DNA from: Longimicrobiales bacterium
GTDB lineage: Bacteria; Gemmatimonadota; Gemmatimonadetes; Longimicrobiales; Gaopeijiaceae
Length of the DNA stretch: 64,000 nucleotides
Reading direction: 5' to 3'
Assembly (NCBI GenBank): GCA_965226375.1
Contig: CBDDCX010000008.1
Location: 1,280,001-1,344,000 of the forward strand
The position numbers were made by a program, and so were the translations under genes. The first letter of the stretch is position 1, and every line of letters begins with the position of its first letter. Below, piece after piece: positions 1 to 10,398 of the stretch. The notes beneath the pieces were generated by a model. That model had not been told where the DNA came from. It saw nothing but the letters and a program-made list of their open reading frames with translations, and ran no database searches.

Positions 1-258
1 TATCTCCTTGAGCCTTCTCAGCAACGCCTTCGGCCCGACGAGTGGCTCACCCGCCAGCGCACAATTCAGGTAGGGGAGATCCCACTCGTCCGGGGCCCCG
101 TTCGGGGTGAGTGCGGGCGACTCGTAGACACGGCTGAGCTGCGCACCCTCGAGAACAGGGCGAATCCCACGCGTAAGCCGGTTGATCGCCCTTTTCAGAT
201 TGGTCTCACGGTGCCCCAGGTTGCTTCCGAGGCCCAGAACCACCTCGGCCTCATTCAC
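1..258 (-). CDS. folK: HPPK / FolK, N-terminal part; runs off the window edge
   Basis: Not in the ORF track. Manual translation from GTG at 258 gives VNEAEVVLGLGSNLGHRETNLKRAI...SRVYESPA...PYLNCA...LLRRLKEI, with the FolK LGSNLG and YES/T motifs. Confidence 0.9.
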   Translation of the reverse strand, partial: MNEAEVVLGLGSNLGHRETNLKRAINRLTRGIRPVLEGAQLSRVYESPALTPNGAPDEWDLPYLNCALAGEPLVGPKALLRRLKEI

Positions 259-319
259 CCAGGACGGATTCGGTGCTCCACCGAACGGGCTTCCAGGTTC
301 AGAGTCTCGATGCGAACCG

Positions 320-1582
320 TCACCTCGCTGACCGGGCCCCGCCTACGGTGGACGACAGCAGGACGATGTGCTTGGCGGTACGCATCATGGCAGGAATGTT
401 CGCCCATTCGTCCGGGAAGCCTCGCTGGCCACCACGAGATCCGCTGATTCCGATGGCGGATGTCCCGTTGCCGATGGCCACATTCATGTTCGACGACCCC
501 ATGTTCGACAGCCGTGGCTCCAGTCCCAGGTGGCGGGAAATGGCCTCGGCCGAAACAACCAGGTCCGATTCACGGGCGCCCGGAATCTGCCCGCCGGGGG
601 TCAGATGGAACGGCTCCATCTCGAACGTGATCCCCGTTTCGCCGGAAACTTCTTCCAGAATCGACCGGACGTCGGCTTCCATTTCCTCGACCAGGAAGGC
701 CTCCATGGAACGTAGGTCAAGGGAGAACCATCCCGTCTCGGGCTTGTGATTGTACACCGCCCCACTGTTCAGCATGGAGATGTTGGCGACGGTCCGGCTG
801 TCGGTATGCATGGCCGGCTGATGAAGCTGGAGTATCCGATCCACGGCCCGCCCGATACCCTGATTCACGTTGGGAAGCCCCCCTCCTAGCGAGTGCCCGC
901 CCGGACCCGATGCCACCACCTTCCACCAGTGGATGTTGATGGCCCCGTAGCTGATGCTCCCCCCCTCGCCGAGCACGTCGACGAAACCTACGGCTCGGTC
1001 ACGGTACTCCGCGTAGACATCCTTCATGCCCACGAGCCCGGTCTCTTCCTGTGCGACCGCGGCGAAGACGAGATCGTGCTCGGGCCTCAGACACGACCGC
1101 ACGATGGCCTCGGCTGCCGCCATCATAGCGGCCGTGGTCAGCGAGGTGTTGGTCCCCGGACCTACGACCCGGTCACCCTCCACCCGGGGTTGACCCGAGG
1201 CGGCTCTCTGGTGCTCGGCCACGGTCGCGAGGTCATCCAGCGTGGAGACGAAGACGAGCGCCCGTCCAGATCTGCCGGGTATGATCCCCACGGCGTTGGG
1301 CGTCCCATCTACCTCGACATCGCTCAGGCCGATCTCGCGCATCCTGCGGCCCACTGCCTCAGCCCGATCGAGTTCCTGGCCCGAGGGAGACACGATGGCA
1401 CCGATCTCGGCCAGGAACCGGGCCGTCCGATCCGTGTTCGCTTCGACGTGTTCGAGCGCACCCCGCACGCCGCGGTCTTCCAGAGCCTCGCTGAGGGCTC
1501 GAGGCGCCTGAGCCAGCACCGATTGAGCAAGCATCCCGGTCGCCGTGATGGCGAATAGTGGCAATAGGAACCAACGCGTCAT
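320..1582 (-). CDS. Exported M20/M25/M40-family metallopeptidase
   Basis: Signal peptide MTRWFLLPLF; SPSGQE, QEETGL, GPGGHS and SSNMN motifs. Start trimmed from ORF 320..1708. Confidence 0.8.
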   Translation of the reverse strand: MTRWFLLPLFAITATGMLAQSVLAQAPRALSEALEDRGVRGALEHVEANTDRTARFLAEIGAIVSPSGQELDRAEAVGRRMREIGLSDVEVDGTPNAVGIIPGRSGRALVFVSTLDDLATVAEHQRAASGQPRVEGDRVVGPGTNTSLTTAAMMAAAEAIVRSCLRPEHDLVFAAVAQEETGLVGMKDVYAEYRDRAVGFVDVLGEGGSISYGAINIHWWKVVASGPGGHSLGGGLPNVNQGIGRAVDRILQLHQPAMHTDSRTVANISMLNSGAVYNHKPETGWFSLDLRSMEAFLVEEMEADVRSILEEVSGETGITFEMEPFHLTPGGQIPGARESDLVVSAEAISRHLGLEPRLSNMGSSNMNVAIGNGTSAIGISGSRGGQRGFPDEWANIPAMMRTAKHIVLLSSTVGGARSAR

Positions 1583-1641
1583 CGAGGTCTCTCCCGCTGT
1601 GGTCTTGAGCCGGCGTGGTCGTCTTGAGCCAGCGTTGTCGC

Positions 1642-2283
1642 TTAGAACCAAAACGCCCGTCGGATCTTCTCGCCGGTGGTCTCCGGGACCGGCTCCGACG
1701 CGGAGCATCCTCCTGCGTCCTGGTGATATTGATTGAAGATGTTCGCGGTACTCGGAATTTCAGTGGACTGGGTTTCGAGAATCTGCTCGACGCTCTCCGT
1801 GCCGAAGCTGATGAGCAGACGCTCCTCGCTCTCGATCACGTTGTTGAACACAGAAGGCATGTCGAATCCATCCCGGATGAATTTGAGCGTCCGGTCTCCC
1901 TCGGCGAAGTGACGCTCACCCCGGTCCGTGATCAAGAAGTCATCGCCCAAGGCGAAACCGATATTCGCAAAAAAGTGACCCCAGGTCGCGCCTTCGTGGT
2001 GCACGTGGACTATATCATGAATCCCCTCGTGCATATGGGCTCGCTCCACCGCCAGGATCAAGTCGGGGTTGGCCTTACACGCTGCGATGTCCTGCATGTA
2101 ATGCATGGCGCTCAGGTCCAGTCGCTCGCCGTTCAGGAAAACTGCGAAATTCGCGTGGTAGTGAGGCCCCTCTGCTGAAGGGAGCGCCGGCAACGTCGGG
2201 AAGCGAGCCGCTCCCACTCCCACGACGCCCAGCACCATACCAACCACCATCTTGAGCACCCCCCGCCCGAAAAACCCACCCAT
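1642..2283 (-). CDS. Conserved hypothetical His-rich membrane-anchored protein
   Basis: AAGGAGG Shine-Dalgarno before ATG 2283; N-terminal hydrophobic segment; HYHANF, AHMH, VHVHH motifs. Confidence 0.7.
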   Translation of the reverse strand: MGGFFGRGVLKMVVGMVLGVVGVGAARFPTLPALPSAEGPHYHANFAVFLNGERLDLSAMHYMQDIAACKANPDLILAVERAHMHEGIHDIVHVHHEGATWGHFFANIGFALGDDFLITDRGERHFAEGDRTLKFIRDGFDMPSVFNNVIESEERLLISFGTESVEQILETQSTEIPSTANIFNQYHQDAGGCSASEPVPETTGEKIRRAFWF

Positions 2284-2424
2284 CCTCATCCTCCTTCGGA
2301 AGATCCAGCCACTTCGAGCCGATCCTCGTTCGCGTCGTACTCTTACCAGAACCACCTCTCCAGCGGAGATGGTAACCCTACTGCTCAAAGCTAAGGTCGT
2401 CCTCTCCGAACCCGCCATCCGCAA

Positions 2425-4998
2425 CTATCCCCCGCTACCCCCGGGAGCCGAGGCGAAGAGGCGCCAGAACCAGGGAGCCCGTCGCATGGCGATATCCAGC
2501 AGGAACCCGATCAGGGCGAGCCCGGCCAGAACCGGCCATAACGGTGTGGGGACGGAGGCGGATTCCCCATAGTCGGCGAAGATTTCGTCGTTGTCGGGAA
2601 GCAGCTTGCCACCCGTATTCTCACTGATCGTATTCAGCAACGCCGTGTTGGGCGGATAGAGTCGATACTCGTCGCTGTAGGGATAGTAGAGCGATTGGGC
2701 CTGATCTTCGAACCCATCGACCTCGAGGCTGAATCGGTAGGGAGATTCGGTGGAGGTCTGGAGGGCATACCGTCCCTGATAGGTGCCGGGTCCGACCTGA
2801 TCCAAGTCGACCGTCACCGTCCCTCCGTCCGGTGCGACTACCTCCACTTGCGGCGCCAGGTCGGCCTGGAAGACCCCCTCTTCGGTCACGGCACTCACCG
2901 TCACCACAGCCTCATCGCCCACACGCTCGACCAGAAAATCGACTTCCTCTCCCTCGTCTCTCTTCATCGTCTCCCGGACAAGCTGAGACCAAAATTTTCC
3001 GTAGCCGTCCCACGTGAGCCACTCCGACGCCCAGCGGTTCTTCACGTCGGAGGTGAATGCGGCGGTTTTGCCGAGTCCATAGTGCCAACGAGCGAGGATC
3101 GGGGCCGAGGCCTCGGACGCCAGGAGCACTTCAGCATTCTCCTTCGCCTGAGTGTTCACGTAGCCTCGGAGGGGAGGTGCCGAGGCCAGGTCGATGCCCG
3201 TGAACGCCTCGACACGGCTCGCGATGGTGGCCTGTACGGTCTCCTCGATCAGGGTCTGTTGCGAGGCGATCTGGGTCTCCTGAATAAACACCTGGGGCAC
3301 CCGGGCCGCATCGCGAATGAAGTAGCTCCGTCCGTTGCCCCACTCGGCGATGTTCGCGAGCAGCTCCTGATCGGCCTCCTCCCCGACCGCGACCGTGGAC
3401 ACGCTGATCTCCTCCTCGGACATTCGAGTCACCAACGCCTGATACTCGTCCGGATACGTCTTGCCGTCCGACAGCAGGATGATGTGTCTCACCTCCGCTT
3501 CGGTCGCCGCCAGCTCTTCATACGCCATCTCCAACGCCGGATAGATGTTGGTCTGGGCACTGGCGATGATGCGATTGATAAAGTCGTTCATCACCCCCTT
3601 GTCCCTGGCCGGCTGAAGCGGAACGGTGGAGTGGGGCGTGTCGTCGAAGGTGATCAAGCCGAACTCATGGGTCGGCTCGAGTAACTCGAGCGCGGCCTTG
3701 GCGGCCTCCTTGGACAGCTGGAGTTTGGGCCCGACCATGCTGTACGACTTGTCCATCACGATGACCAGAGCCAGATCCTTACGCTGTTCGTTGATCTCGA
3801 ACCATATCGGAAGGGCTTCTTCGATGGCGGTCTCGGAATAACCGTCTTCACCGAAACTCGATTCGCCCCCAGCGAAGATGAAGCCACCACTCGAGTCCCG
3901 AACGTAGGAGAGCACGGCGCTCATCTGCACCCCAGTGAGACTCGTGCTGGGTACGTCGCTCAAGAGAAGCAGATCGTACGCCTCTAGTCCGCGGGCCGTG
4001 GAGGGGATCGTACTCGGCTGACCCAGCACCACATCCATGCCCTCTGCCACTAATGCGTCCCGAAGGTAGTGGGCACTGGCCGGACGCCCTTCCACGTAGA
4101 GAATCCTTGGACGTGACCCCACCCACACGGACCGCGCGAGAAGGTCGTTCTGCGGGACCGGATCGTTGTCCGTCTCGATACGTCCGGAAATCGTCACCCC
4201 ACCCGCTGCGGGCAGCCTCACCTCGAAGGGGATGGTGTTGAGACCGGGCTCCAGATCCACCTGTCGGGAGTCGAGCCGTGTCCCATTGCCCAAGATCTCG
4301 ACCGTGGCGGTGGTAGCGATACGGCTGAAGACTTGTACGGTCGTGGCTACAGGCTCCTCCTGGCGCATGCCCTGGGGCAGCTCGATGGCGTCGATAAAGC
4401 TGTCGCCCTCACCCCTGACGTTGGCCGGCAGGGTGAAAATACGAACCCCGGACTCCTGCGCACGGCCGACGATCCTGTTCACGTCCCCCGCGTTTTCATT
4501 CCCGTCGGTGATCAAGACGAGTCGCTTGAGATACCTCGAGTCGAAGCTCCTCAGAGCCTGGGCCACCGCCGTCTCGAGATCGGTGGCGCTCTGGTTGATG
4601 GAGCCGTTGGCCCCGTCACTCGAGACCCCCACGCCACGAATTCCCTCGAGACTGCCCACGTTCTGGGCGGATCCTCCGAAGGCGATGAAGCCGGCGTGGT
4701 CCGGCTCACCGGACGAGCTCGACGAGGCGATCCAGTCGATGGCCGTCTCCAGGAACACGGGGTCGATGCTGCTGGAGACGTCCAAAGCATAGACCACCGA
4801 GATCCACTTTCCGGCCCGGTGCCAGACCGGCCGCATCAGGGCCAGGCTCAAGAGCACGAGAACCGTGGTCCGCACGATCACGGCGGCGCGCAGATGTCGA
4901 GGGGACAGACCGATCGCGGTATGCCGCAGCATCCTCCACAGGAGGGGAATGACCAAGAGGATCAGGAGAGGCCAGAAGTGGCCGAACGTGACGGTCAT
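2425..4998 (-). CDS. Membrane protein with two VWA domains and glutamine-amidotransferase-like (GATase1-like) regions
   Basis: MIDAS motifs DVSSS and DKSYSM; LITDG and LLSDG; N- and C-terminal TM helices; start overlaps the upstream stop. Confidence 0.88.
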   Translation of the reverse strand: MTVTFGHFWPLLILLVIPLLWRMLRHTAIGLSPRHLRAAVIVRTTVLVLLSLALMRPVWHRAGKWISVVYALDVSSSIDPVFLETAIDWIASSSSSGEPDHAGFIAFGGSAQNVGSLEGIRGVGVSSDGANGSINQSATDLETAVAQALRSFDSRYLKRLVLITDGNENAGDVNRIVGRAQESGVRIFTLPANVRGEGDSFIDAIELPQGMRQEEPVATTVQVFSRIATTATVEILGNGTRLDSRQVDLEPGLNTIPFEVRLPAAGGVTISGRIETDNDPVPQNDLLARSVWVGSRPRILYVEGRPASAHYLRDALVAEGMDVVLGQPSTIPSTARGLEAYDLLLLSDVPSTSLTGVQMSAVLSYVRDSSGGFIFAGGESSFGEDGYSETAIEEALPIWFEINEQRKDLALVIVMDKSYSMVGPKLQLSKEAAKAALELLEPTHEFGLITFDDTPHSTVPLQPARDKGVMNDFINRIIASAQTNIYPALEMAYEELAATEAEVRHIILLSDGKTYPDEYQALVTRMSEEEISVSTVAVGEEADQELLANIAEWGNGRSYFIRDAARVPQVFIQETQIASQQTLIEETVQATIASRVEAFTGIDLASAPPLRGYVNTQAKENAEVLLASEASAPILARWHYGLGKTAAFTSDVKNRWASEWLTWDGYGKFWSQLVRETMKRDEGEEVDFLVERVGDEAVVTVSAVTEEGVFQADLAPQVEVVAPDGGTVTVDLDQVGPGTYQGRYALQTSTESPYRFSLEVDGFEDQAQSLYYPYSDEYRLYPPNTALLNTISENTGGKLLPDNDEIFADYGESASVPTPLWPVLAGLALIGFLLDIAMRRAPWFWRLFASAPGGSGG

Positions 4999-6845
4999 AC
5001 GGTCCACCGCCGGTGATAGGTGAACCACTCGGCAATGACGAGCAGCGTGGCCACCGTGAGGAGAACGACCCACAGCTCATTCCCCCCAGCCTCGCCGGCC
5101 AGACGAAGGGCCTCCGGCGGGGCGATGGCCCGGTCTTCGAGGCTGAGGGTCGAAGCGTTGATCGCAGTACGGTCTCGGTCCAAGATGCCCACGGCCACGC
5201 GCATGCGCCGCGTACCTGATGTGATCGTGTAGAGACCGGGCTCCGCGGCCACGAACACCGTGCGCCCCGACACCTGCGACGTCACCACCTCAGCGCCCTC
5301 CAGATCGGTGACCTCAGCGTCGGCCAGGGTCACTTCGATGCGGCCTGGACTCCGGGGCACCGCGCTCTGCTCATCCATCATCCAGCTCAGGACGTTGCTG
5401 AGGAAAATCGGAAACGCCGGCTGCAGCGGGAAGTTCGAATCCTCGAGCGCAAACGTGGCACGAATGACCTTTCGTGGAGATTCCGTGGCGATCATGAGCG
5501 GCAACTCCGTCGTGCCTATCACCACCTCCACGTCGCCGGACGCAACAGCGGCACCGCCCGCGTTACCTTCGACGTCCGCTGTCGCCACCTCACCGGGTCT
5601 GGCTCCGAGGCGCACCGCTCGATCGACACGCAGGTCCTCCAGCGATACGAATTGCATGAGAGGGTGGCCCGTATCCCATCCGGAGACCGTGGGTGACGAA
5701 AGCACGGCCACCGTAGTGGCCAGCCACGCAACGTTCGGTGGAAGGAACAGGAGTGCGGGTCCCGGCGGCGGCTCTTCCGGGGCCCATCGGTCGAAGATGT
5801 ACAAATCGGCTCTGACGTCCTCGTCGAATTCCTGTGGCCTCAACTCCGTGACCCTGAGGCGCGGTTCTTCCGCCAGGGCGCTCTGCAGGAAGACACTTCC
5901 CGGACTGACCAACGCGATTCGCGTGCGACTCCGGACGGGCAAGAACGAGAACGCGATGTCGTCTGATGCGAACGCGTCCCCATCGGTGGTCACGGTTGCA
6001 CGGACGGGACCTCGATCGAAGCCGGAGAGGTCGACGGTTCGTCCTCTCGTCTCGCCGGCCTCGAGTGTAAGGGTCTCCCGCAGCCCACCTTCACCCACGC
6101 CGGTGAGTCGGACCGAAACCTCTTTGGGCCCGAGTGAAGCATTGGTGATCTCGAAAAAAGCCTGATACTCGAGTGGAGCCGAGGGCACCGCTCCGACCTC
6201 GAACGCGGTGATGCCCACATTGTCTGCCGCATTGTAGACCGAAACCACCTCAGCCTCGGCCGGAGCGTTGTCGACCGAGACACCATCCGAGATGAAGTAC
6301 AGCGGACCAGCGGTTTCAATCGGACCCGGGAACTGCGAAGAGGCACCCAGCGAGACGCTGAGGTCATCCAGGATGGCCAGAGCGGAGCGGCGATCGGCCG
6401 GATCCGCCGACGGGGCCTGGCCGGACGTGTCGAGGATCAGGAACTCACCATCGACACGCCCCTGTTCCAAGAGCCCCCTGGCCAAGGCCACGGCGTGCTC
6501 CCAGCGGGTGAAGCCGTCCGGTGTGCGAGCGGCCATGGTCGCGGAGTTGTCGACGACGATCGTCATACGGGGAAGGTCCCCCCCGGACCACGAGAACTCC
6601 GGGCGTCCCATGGCGGCGGCCACCGACAGGCCGATAGCCAAAGCGATGATCAGCGAAATCCACCAGCGCAGGCGATCGAGAAGGGTGCTGCGCCGCTTCT
6701 CCTTGAGCAGGCGGTTCCACAGGAGTCTGGAGGGGACCACGATCCGGCGCGGGGGCGGCTTCAACCAGTACAGCACGGCCACCATCACGGCCGTCCCGCC
6801 GAGGAGTAGCCCGACGAACAGTGGTCCTATGGAGAGGAACGTCAC
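4995..6845 (-). CDS. BatA-domain / VWA membrane protein
   Basis: LYWLKPPPRRIVVPSRLLW BatA-type N-terminus; DNSATM; ISDG; C-terminal TM ending EWFTYHRR. Confidence 0.85.
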   Translation of the reverse strand: MTFLSIGPLFVGLLLGGTAVMVAVLYWLKPPPRRIVVPSRLLWNRLLKEKRRSTLLDRLRWWISLIIALAIGLSVAAAMGRPEFSWSGGDLPRMTIVVDNSATMAARTPDGFTRWEHAVALARGLLEQGRVDGEFLILDTSGQAPSADPADRRSALAILDDLSVSLGASSQFPGPIETAGPLYFISDGVSVDNAPAEAEVVSVYNAADNVGITAFEVGAVPSAPLEYQAFFEITNASLGPKEVSVRLTGVGEGGLRETLTLEAGETRGRTVDLSGFDRGPVRATVTTDGDAFASDDIAFSFLPVRSRTRIALVSPGSVFLQSALAEEPRLRVTELRPQEFDEDVRADLYIFDRWAPEEPPPGPALLFLPPNVAWLATTVAVLSSPTVSGWDTGHPLMQFVSLEDLRVDRAVRLGARPGEVATADVEGNAGGAAVASGDVEVVIGTTELPLMIATESPRKVIRATFALEDSNFPLQPAFPIFLSNVLSWMMDEQSAVPRSPGRIEVTLADAEVTDLEGAEVVTSQVSGRTVFVAAEPGLYTITSGTRRMRVAVGILDRDRTAINASTLSLEDRAIAPPEALRLAGEAGGNELWVVLLTVATLLVIAEWFTYHRRWTV

Positions 6846-7732
6846 CCGAGGAACCTACCCTGCCTGAAGACCTGGAGGACCAGGTCCTCGAACGGCACCT
6901 CTGTGCTCGTCCGCACATAGCCCCAGCCGTTCTTCTTGCAGTAGGAGTCCACTTCCTCACAGTGCTCCTCGAACTTCTCCGCGTAGGCCTCGATGAGGCC
7001 GGGCGTGACCTTCACACGCTCGGTCGTGCCCAACTCGGAGTCCTCGAGAAGTACTTCGTCCGGGAGCTGCGGCCGAAGTTCGTCGGAACTGTACACATGA
7101 ATCGCGAACAGATCCTGACGAAAGTAGCGAAGCAGGTCGAACGCCTTCTCGAAACCCGTCTCATCGAGAAAGTCCGACACCACCACCACCAGCCCCCGGC
7201 GGCGCCGGTGTGAGAAAAAACTCTTGAACGCCTTCTCGATGGATGTCGTGCCGGTCGGCGCCACGGATTCGAGAAATCGAAAAGCATGCCACACCTGGGT
7301 CTTACCCCGGCGGGACGACATCTCCTGGGAGATGCCATCCGCGTACCCTACCAGATTGACGCGGTCGTGGTTGAGCAACCCGATGTAACAAAGAGCGGCC
7401 GCGATCTTGCGCGCGTAGTCGTACTTCAGAGGCTCGCCATGGTCCATGGACCGGCTCGCGTCGAAGAATATGTAGATGGGAAGATCGGCTTCTTCCTCGA
7501 ACATCCGCAGGAGAAGCTTGTCCATCCGGAGATACGTGCGCCAATCGACGTTCTTGGTGTCCTCACCGGATACGTACTGACGGTAGTCCGCGAACTCGAT
7601 TCCCGAATCGGTCTTCTTCTTGGCCCGATGCTCCCCGTGAAGGTGCCCGGGAATCATGTGATTCGAGACGATGTTCAGGTACTCGAGCTTTTTCAGAAAC
7701 TCTTCGTCGAAGAGGGTCCCGTTCTCAGCCAT
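6842..7732 (-). CDS. DUF58 domain protein (MoxR partner)
   Basis: EFADYRQYVSGEDTKNVDW, DASRSM and VVSDF motifs. Confidence 0.9.
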   Translation of the reverse strand: MAENGTLFDEEFLKKLEYLNIVSNHMIPGHLHGEHRAKKKTDSGIEFADYRQYVSGEDTKNVDWRTYLRMDKLLLRMFEEEADLPIYIFFDASRSMDHGEPLKYDYARKIAAALCYIGLLNHDRVNLVGYADGISQEMSSRRGKTQVWHAFRFLESVAPTGTTSIEKAFKSFFSHRRRRGLVVVVSDFLDETGFEKAFDLLRYFRQDLFAIHVYSSDELRPQLPDEVLLEDSELGTTERVKVTPGLIEAYAEKFEEHCEEVDSYCKKNGWGYVRTSTEVPFEDLVLQVFRQGRFLG

Positions 7733-7800
7733 GACAAGGGTCCCATTCCCTGCCCCGACCCGTCACGGAAGCGCATGTGTAAAGCATCTTGGAGCCCCTA

Positions 7801-8796
7801 CTACTCTGTCGACTCCGGAACGTCCTTCAGGATCGCGCTGATGATCATGTCCGTGTCGATGCGTTCGGCTTCTCCCTCGAAGTTCAACAACACCCGGTGG
7901 CGGAGGGCGGGCAGCGCCATGGCGCGAATGTCCTCACAGGACACGTGCACTCGGCCGTTCAACAGGGCGTTGACCTTGCCTCCGATGACCAACGTCTGAG
8001 TGCCTCGCGGGCTGGCCCCGAAGCGCACGTACTTCTCCGTCATGGGATGCGCATGAGGGGTGTCGGGATGTGTCGCCAGAGTCAAGCGAATAGCGTAGTC
8101 CTGCACCGGCCTCGCGATGGGCACGGAACGAGCGGTGTCCCGCATCTCCAAAATCTGCTCTTGGTCCAGAACGGTAGCCGCCGTCGGCTCCTCGCGACGG
8201 GTGGTCCGGTCCATGATCTCATGCATGTCGTCGGGCGGCGGATACATGATCCTGAGCTTATAGAAGAACCGGTCCAGCTGGGCCTCAGGCAGAGGGTATG
8301 TGCCCTCCATCTCCAGAGGATTCTGAGTAGCGAGCACGAAAAACGGAGGAGGGAGACGGTGGGTCGTGGTGCCCACCGTGACGCTGCGCTCCTGCATGGC
8401 CTCCAGCAGAGCCGACTGCGTCTTGGGCGTGGCACGGTTGATCTCGTCGGCCAGAAGGATGTTGGTGAAGATGGGCCCCTTCTGGAAAGCGAGGTGCTTC
8501 TCACCCGTGTCGCTCTCGTGGACCACATCGCTACCCACGATGTCTCCGGGCATGAGGTCCGGCGTAAACTGGATACGAGAGAAGACCAGATGAAGGACAT
8601 CGGCCACCGTCGCGACGATCTTCGTCTTCCCGATCCCGGGGATACCCTCGAGCAACACGTGGCCCTTGGACAAGAGGCTGATGAGCGTACCATCGATGAT
8701 CTCGTCGTTGCCGACGATCACCTTATGGATCTCTGCCTTCACCTCCAGGAACTGCTCGGTGAACTGGTCGATCTGACTGGCGATTTCGGTCGTCAT
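7801..8796 (-). CDS. moxR: MoxR-family AAA+ ATPase
   Basis: Walker A GIPGIGKT, RIQFTPDLMP, Walker B LADEINR, ATQNP, GASPRG. Confidence 0.95.
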   Translation of the reverse strand: MTTEIASQIDQFTEQFLEVKAEIHKVIVGNDEIIDGTLISLLSKGHVLLEGIPGIGKTKIVATVADVLHLVFSRIQFTPDLMPGDIVGSDVVHESDTGEKHLAFQKGPIFTNILLADEINRATPKTQSALLEAMQERSVTVGTTTHRLPPPFFVLATQNPLEMEGTYPLPEAQLDRFFYKLRIMYPPPDDMHEIMDRTTRREEPTAATVLDQEQILEMRDTARSVPIARPVQDYAIRLTLATHPDTPHAHPMTEKYVRFGASPRGTQTLVIGGKVNALLNGRVHVSCEDIRAMALPALRHRVLLNFEGEAERIDTDMIISAILKDVPESTE

Positions 8797-10382
8797 TGGT
8801 TCCCACGGGGCCGTATGGCCAAGAAGTATTTCTTCACGAGGCTCCGATACCGCCACGGGATTCGATCGACGGACAACGCCGATCCTTCCGCGTAGCTAGA
8901 GGGGCCGCGCACGTCACGGTACTGAAGAGTCGAGGTTTCCTGTCGGCTCGCTTCCTTGAAGACATCGTCCGGGTCAGGCTCCGGCTCTGGCCCGGGCTCC
9001 GGCTCGTCGAGGAGTTCCAGGGAGAGCTGCACCTCCAGGGTCGTCGCCGCCCCGAATTCCTGTTCCCCACCCATCGACTCGCTGGTCGCGTGGCCTGGAG
9101 GTCCACTGGGGTCTTGAGCCTCACTACTACCGGCGGACTGTTTCACTTCGTCGGAGGGCATCGCCATACCGGCCTCAGCGGCGTCCTCACCTCCGGAGTC
9201 GCCTTGCTGCATACCGAACAGCTGCTCCATGCCCGACATCTGCTCAGTGGCCGACTCCCCCATGGCCTGCATCTGCTCCGACGCTTCGTTCCTTCCCTCC
9301 TGCGCCTGTTGGCGATCGGCCATTTCTTCCATCCGGTCGGCCGCCTCTTCCAGCGCCTGCTGAGCGTCTCCGGTCTCCTGGTTCTCCAGTGCGTCGGCCG
9401 CCTCCTGAAGGGACTCCAAGAGCTCTTCCAGCCCCGGGATATCGGACATGGCCGCCTCTCGGAGTTGGGCCATGAGCTCCGCGGTTTCCTCTTCTGACAG
9501 ATTCGACAGGTTTTCCGAGAGCTCTCGCATGAGCTCGGAGGCCAGTTCGAGGTCCTCGTTCTGTAGGGCTTCGGCCAGATTGCCCAGTTCTTCCGAGTCC
9601 TGGAACCCCTGTGCAAGGTCGGCCAACGCCTCTTCCAGGGCGTTCATCTCGAGGTTGCCTTCTTCGAGCATGTTCTGCGCCTCGCGCAGGTCACGAAGCA
9701 GCTCCTCCATGCTCAACTGGTCGGCCTCGAGCTCCCGCAGGGTCTCCTCGAGCTGAGCCAGCACCTCGGAGTCGTCACCCTCCTCGGTGGCCTCCACCAG
9801 GTCCCGAATGTCCTCGAGCTGTTGTGCGCGGGCCTGGGCGATGGCCGTCGAATCCGCCGTCGTGGCGAAGGTGAGCAACGGTCCTTCGAGGGGGATCAGA
9901 GCGAGAATCTGGAGAACCACGAACAGGCCCAACGCGGTGGTGAACCGCTTCGGTATGGTGGTCGGCACGAGTCTCCGAGCGTCGAGACGCCGCGCCGTAT
10001 CCGCGGCCCGGTTCAGCTGAAGATCGATCCAGGGCGAGTCACCGCTCCGCCCCATGAACCAGTAGGCCGTCTTGAGCTCGTCGTGGAGGTCACCCCGGGC
10101 GTCGGCTACGGCCGCCGCTTGGGCGAGGCGGCTACCCTCCCGTTGCGACCAGGCGAGAAAAGCCGCAAACAGAGCGGCCGACGCGCCCACCACCCACGGC
10201 CCCGGAGGCGGCACCACCGGGAGCAGCATCTGCCCGACCTGGAACAGGAGCAACAGCCCCAGTACGACGCACACCGCGATCGACAGGTGGTCCAAGGCTC
10301 CATTGAACCGGACCCGACGGTCGATGCGTTTGAGCGTGCCGGTAAGGGTCGAGCGCTCTTGCCCCCGCCCGCTTGAGGCCAT
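8793..10382 (-). CDS. Membrane-anchored acidic coiled-coil protein, first gene of the MoxR cluster
   Basis: Three N-terminal hydrophobic segments, long E/Q/L/A helical region, C-terminal IPWRYRSLVKKYF; stop overlaps the moxR start. Confidence 0.8.
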   Translation of the reverse strand: MASSGRGQERSTLTGTLKRIDRRVRFNGALDHLSIAVCVVLGLLLLFQVGQMLLPVVPPPGPWVVGASAALFAAFLAWSQREGSRLAQAAAVADARGDLHDELKTAYWFMGRSGDSPWIDLQLNRAADTARRLDARRLVPTTIPKRFTTALGLFVVLQILALIPLEGPLLTFATTADSTAIAQARAQQLEDIRDLVEATEEGDDSEVLAQLEETLRELEADQLSMEELLRDLREAQNMLEEGNLEMNALEEALADLAQGFQDSEELGNLAEALQNEDLELASELMRELSENLSNLSEEETAELMAQLREAAMSDIPGLEELLESLQEAADALENQETGDAQQALEEAADRMEEMADRQQAQEGRNEASEQMQAMGESATEQMSGMEQLFGMQQGDSGGEDAAEAGMAMPSDEVKQSAGSSEAQDPSGPPGHATSESMGGEQEFGAATTLEVQLSLELLDEPEPGPEPEPDPDDVFKEASRQETSTLQYRDVRGPSSYAEGSALSVDRIPWRYRSLVKKYFLAIRPRGNQ

Positions 10383-10398
10383 CAGTCAGGCGCTCCCG

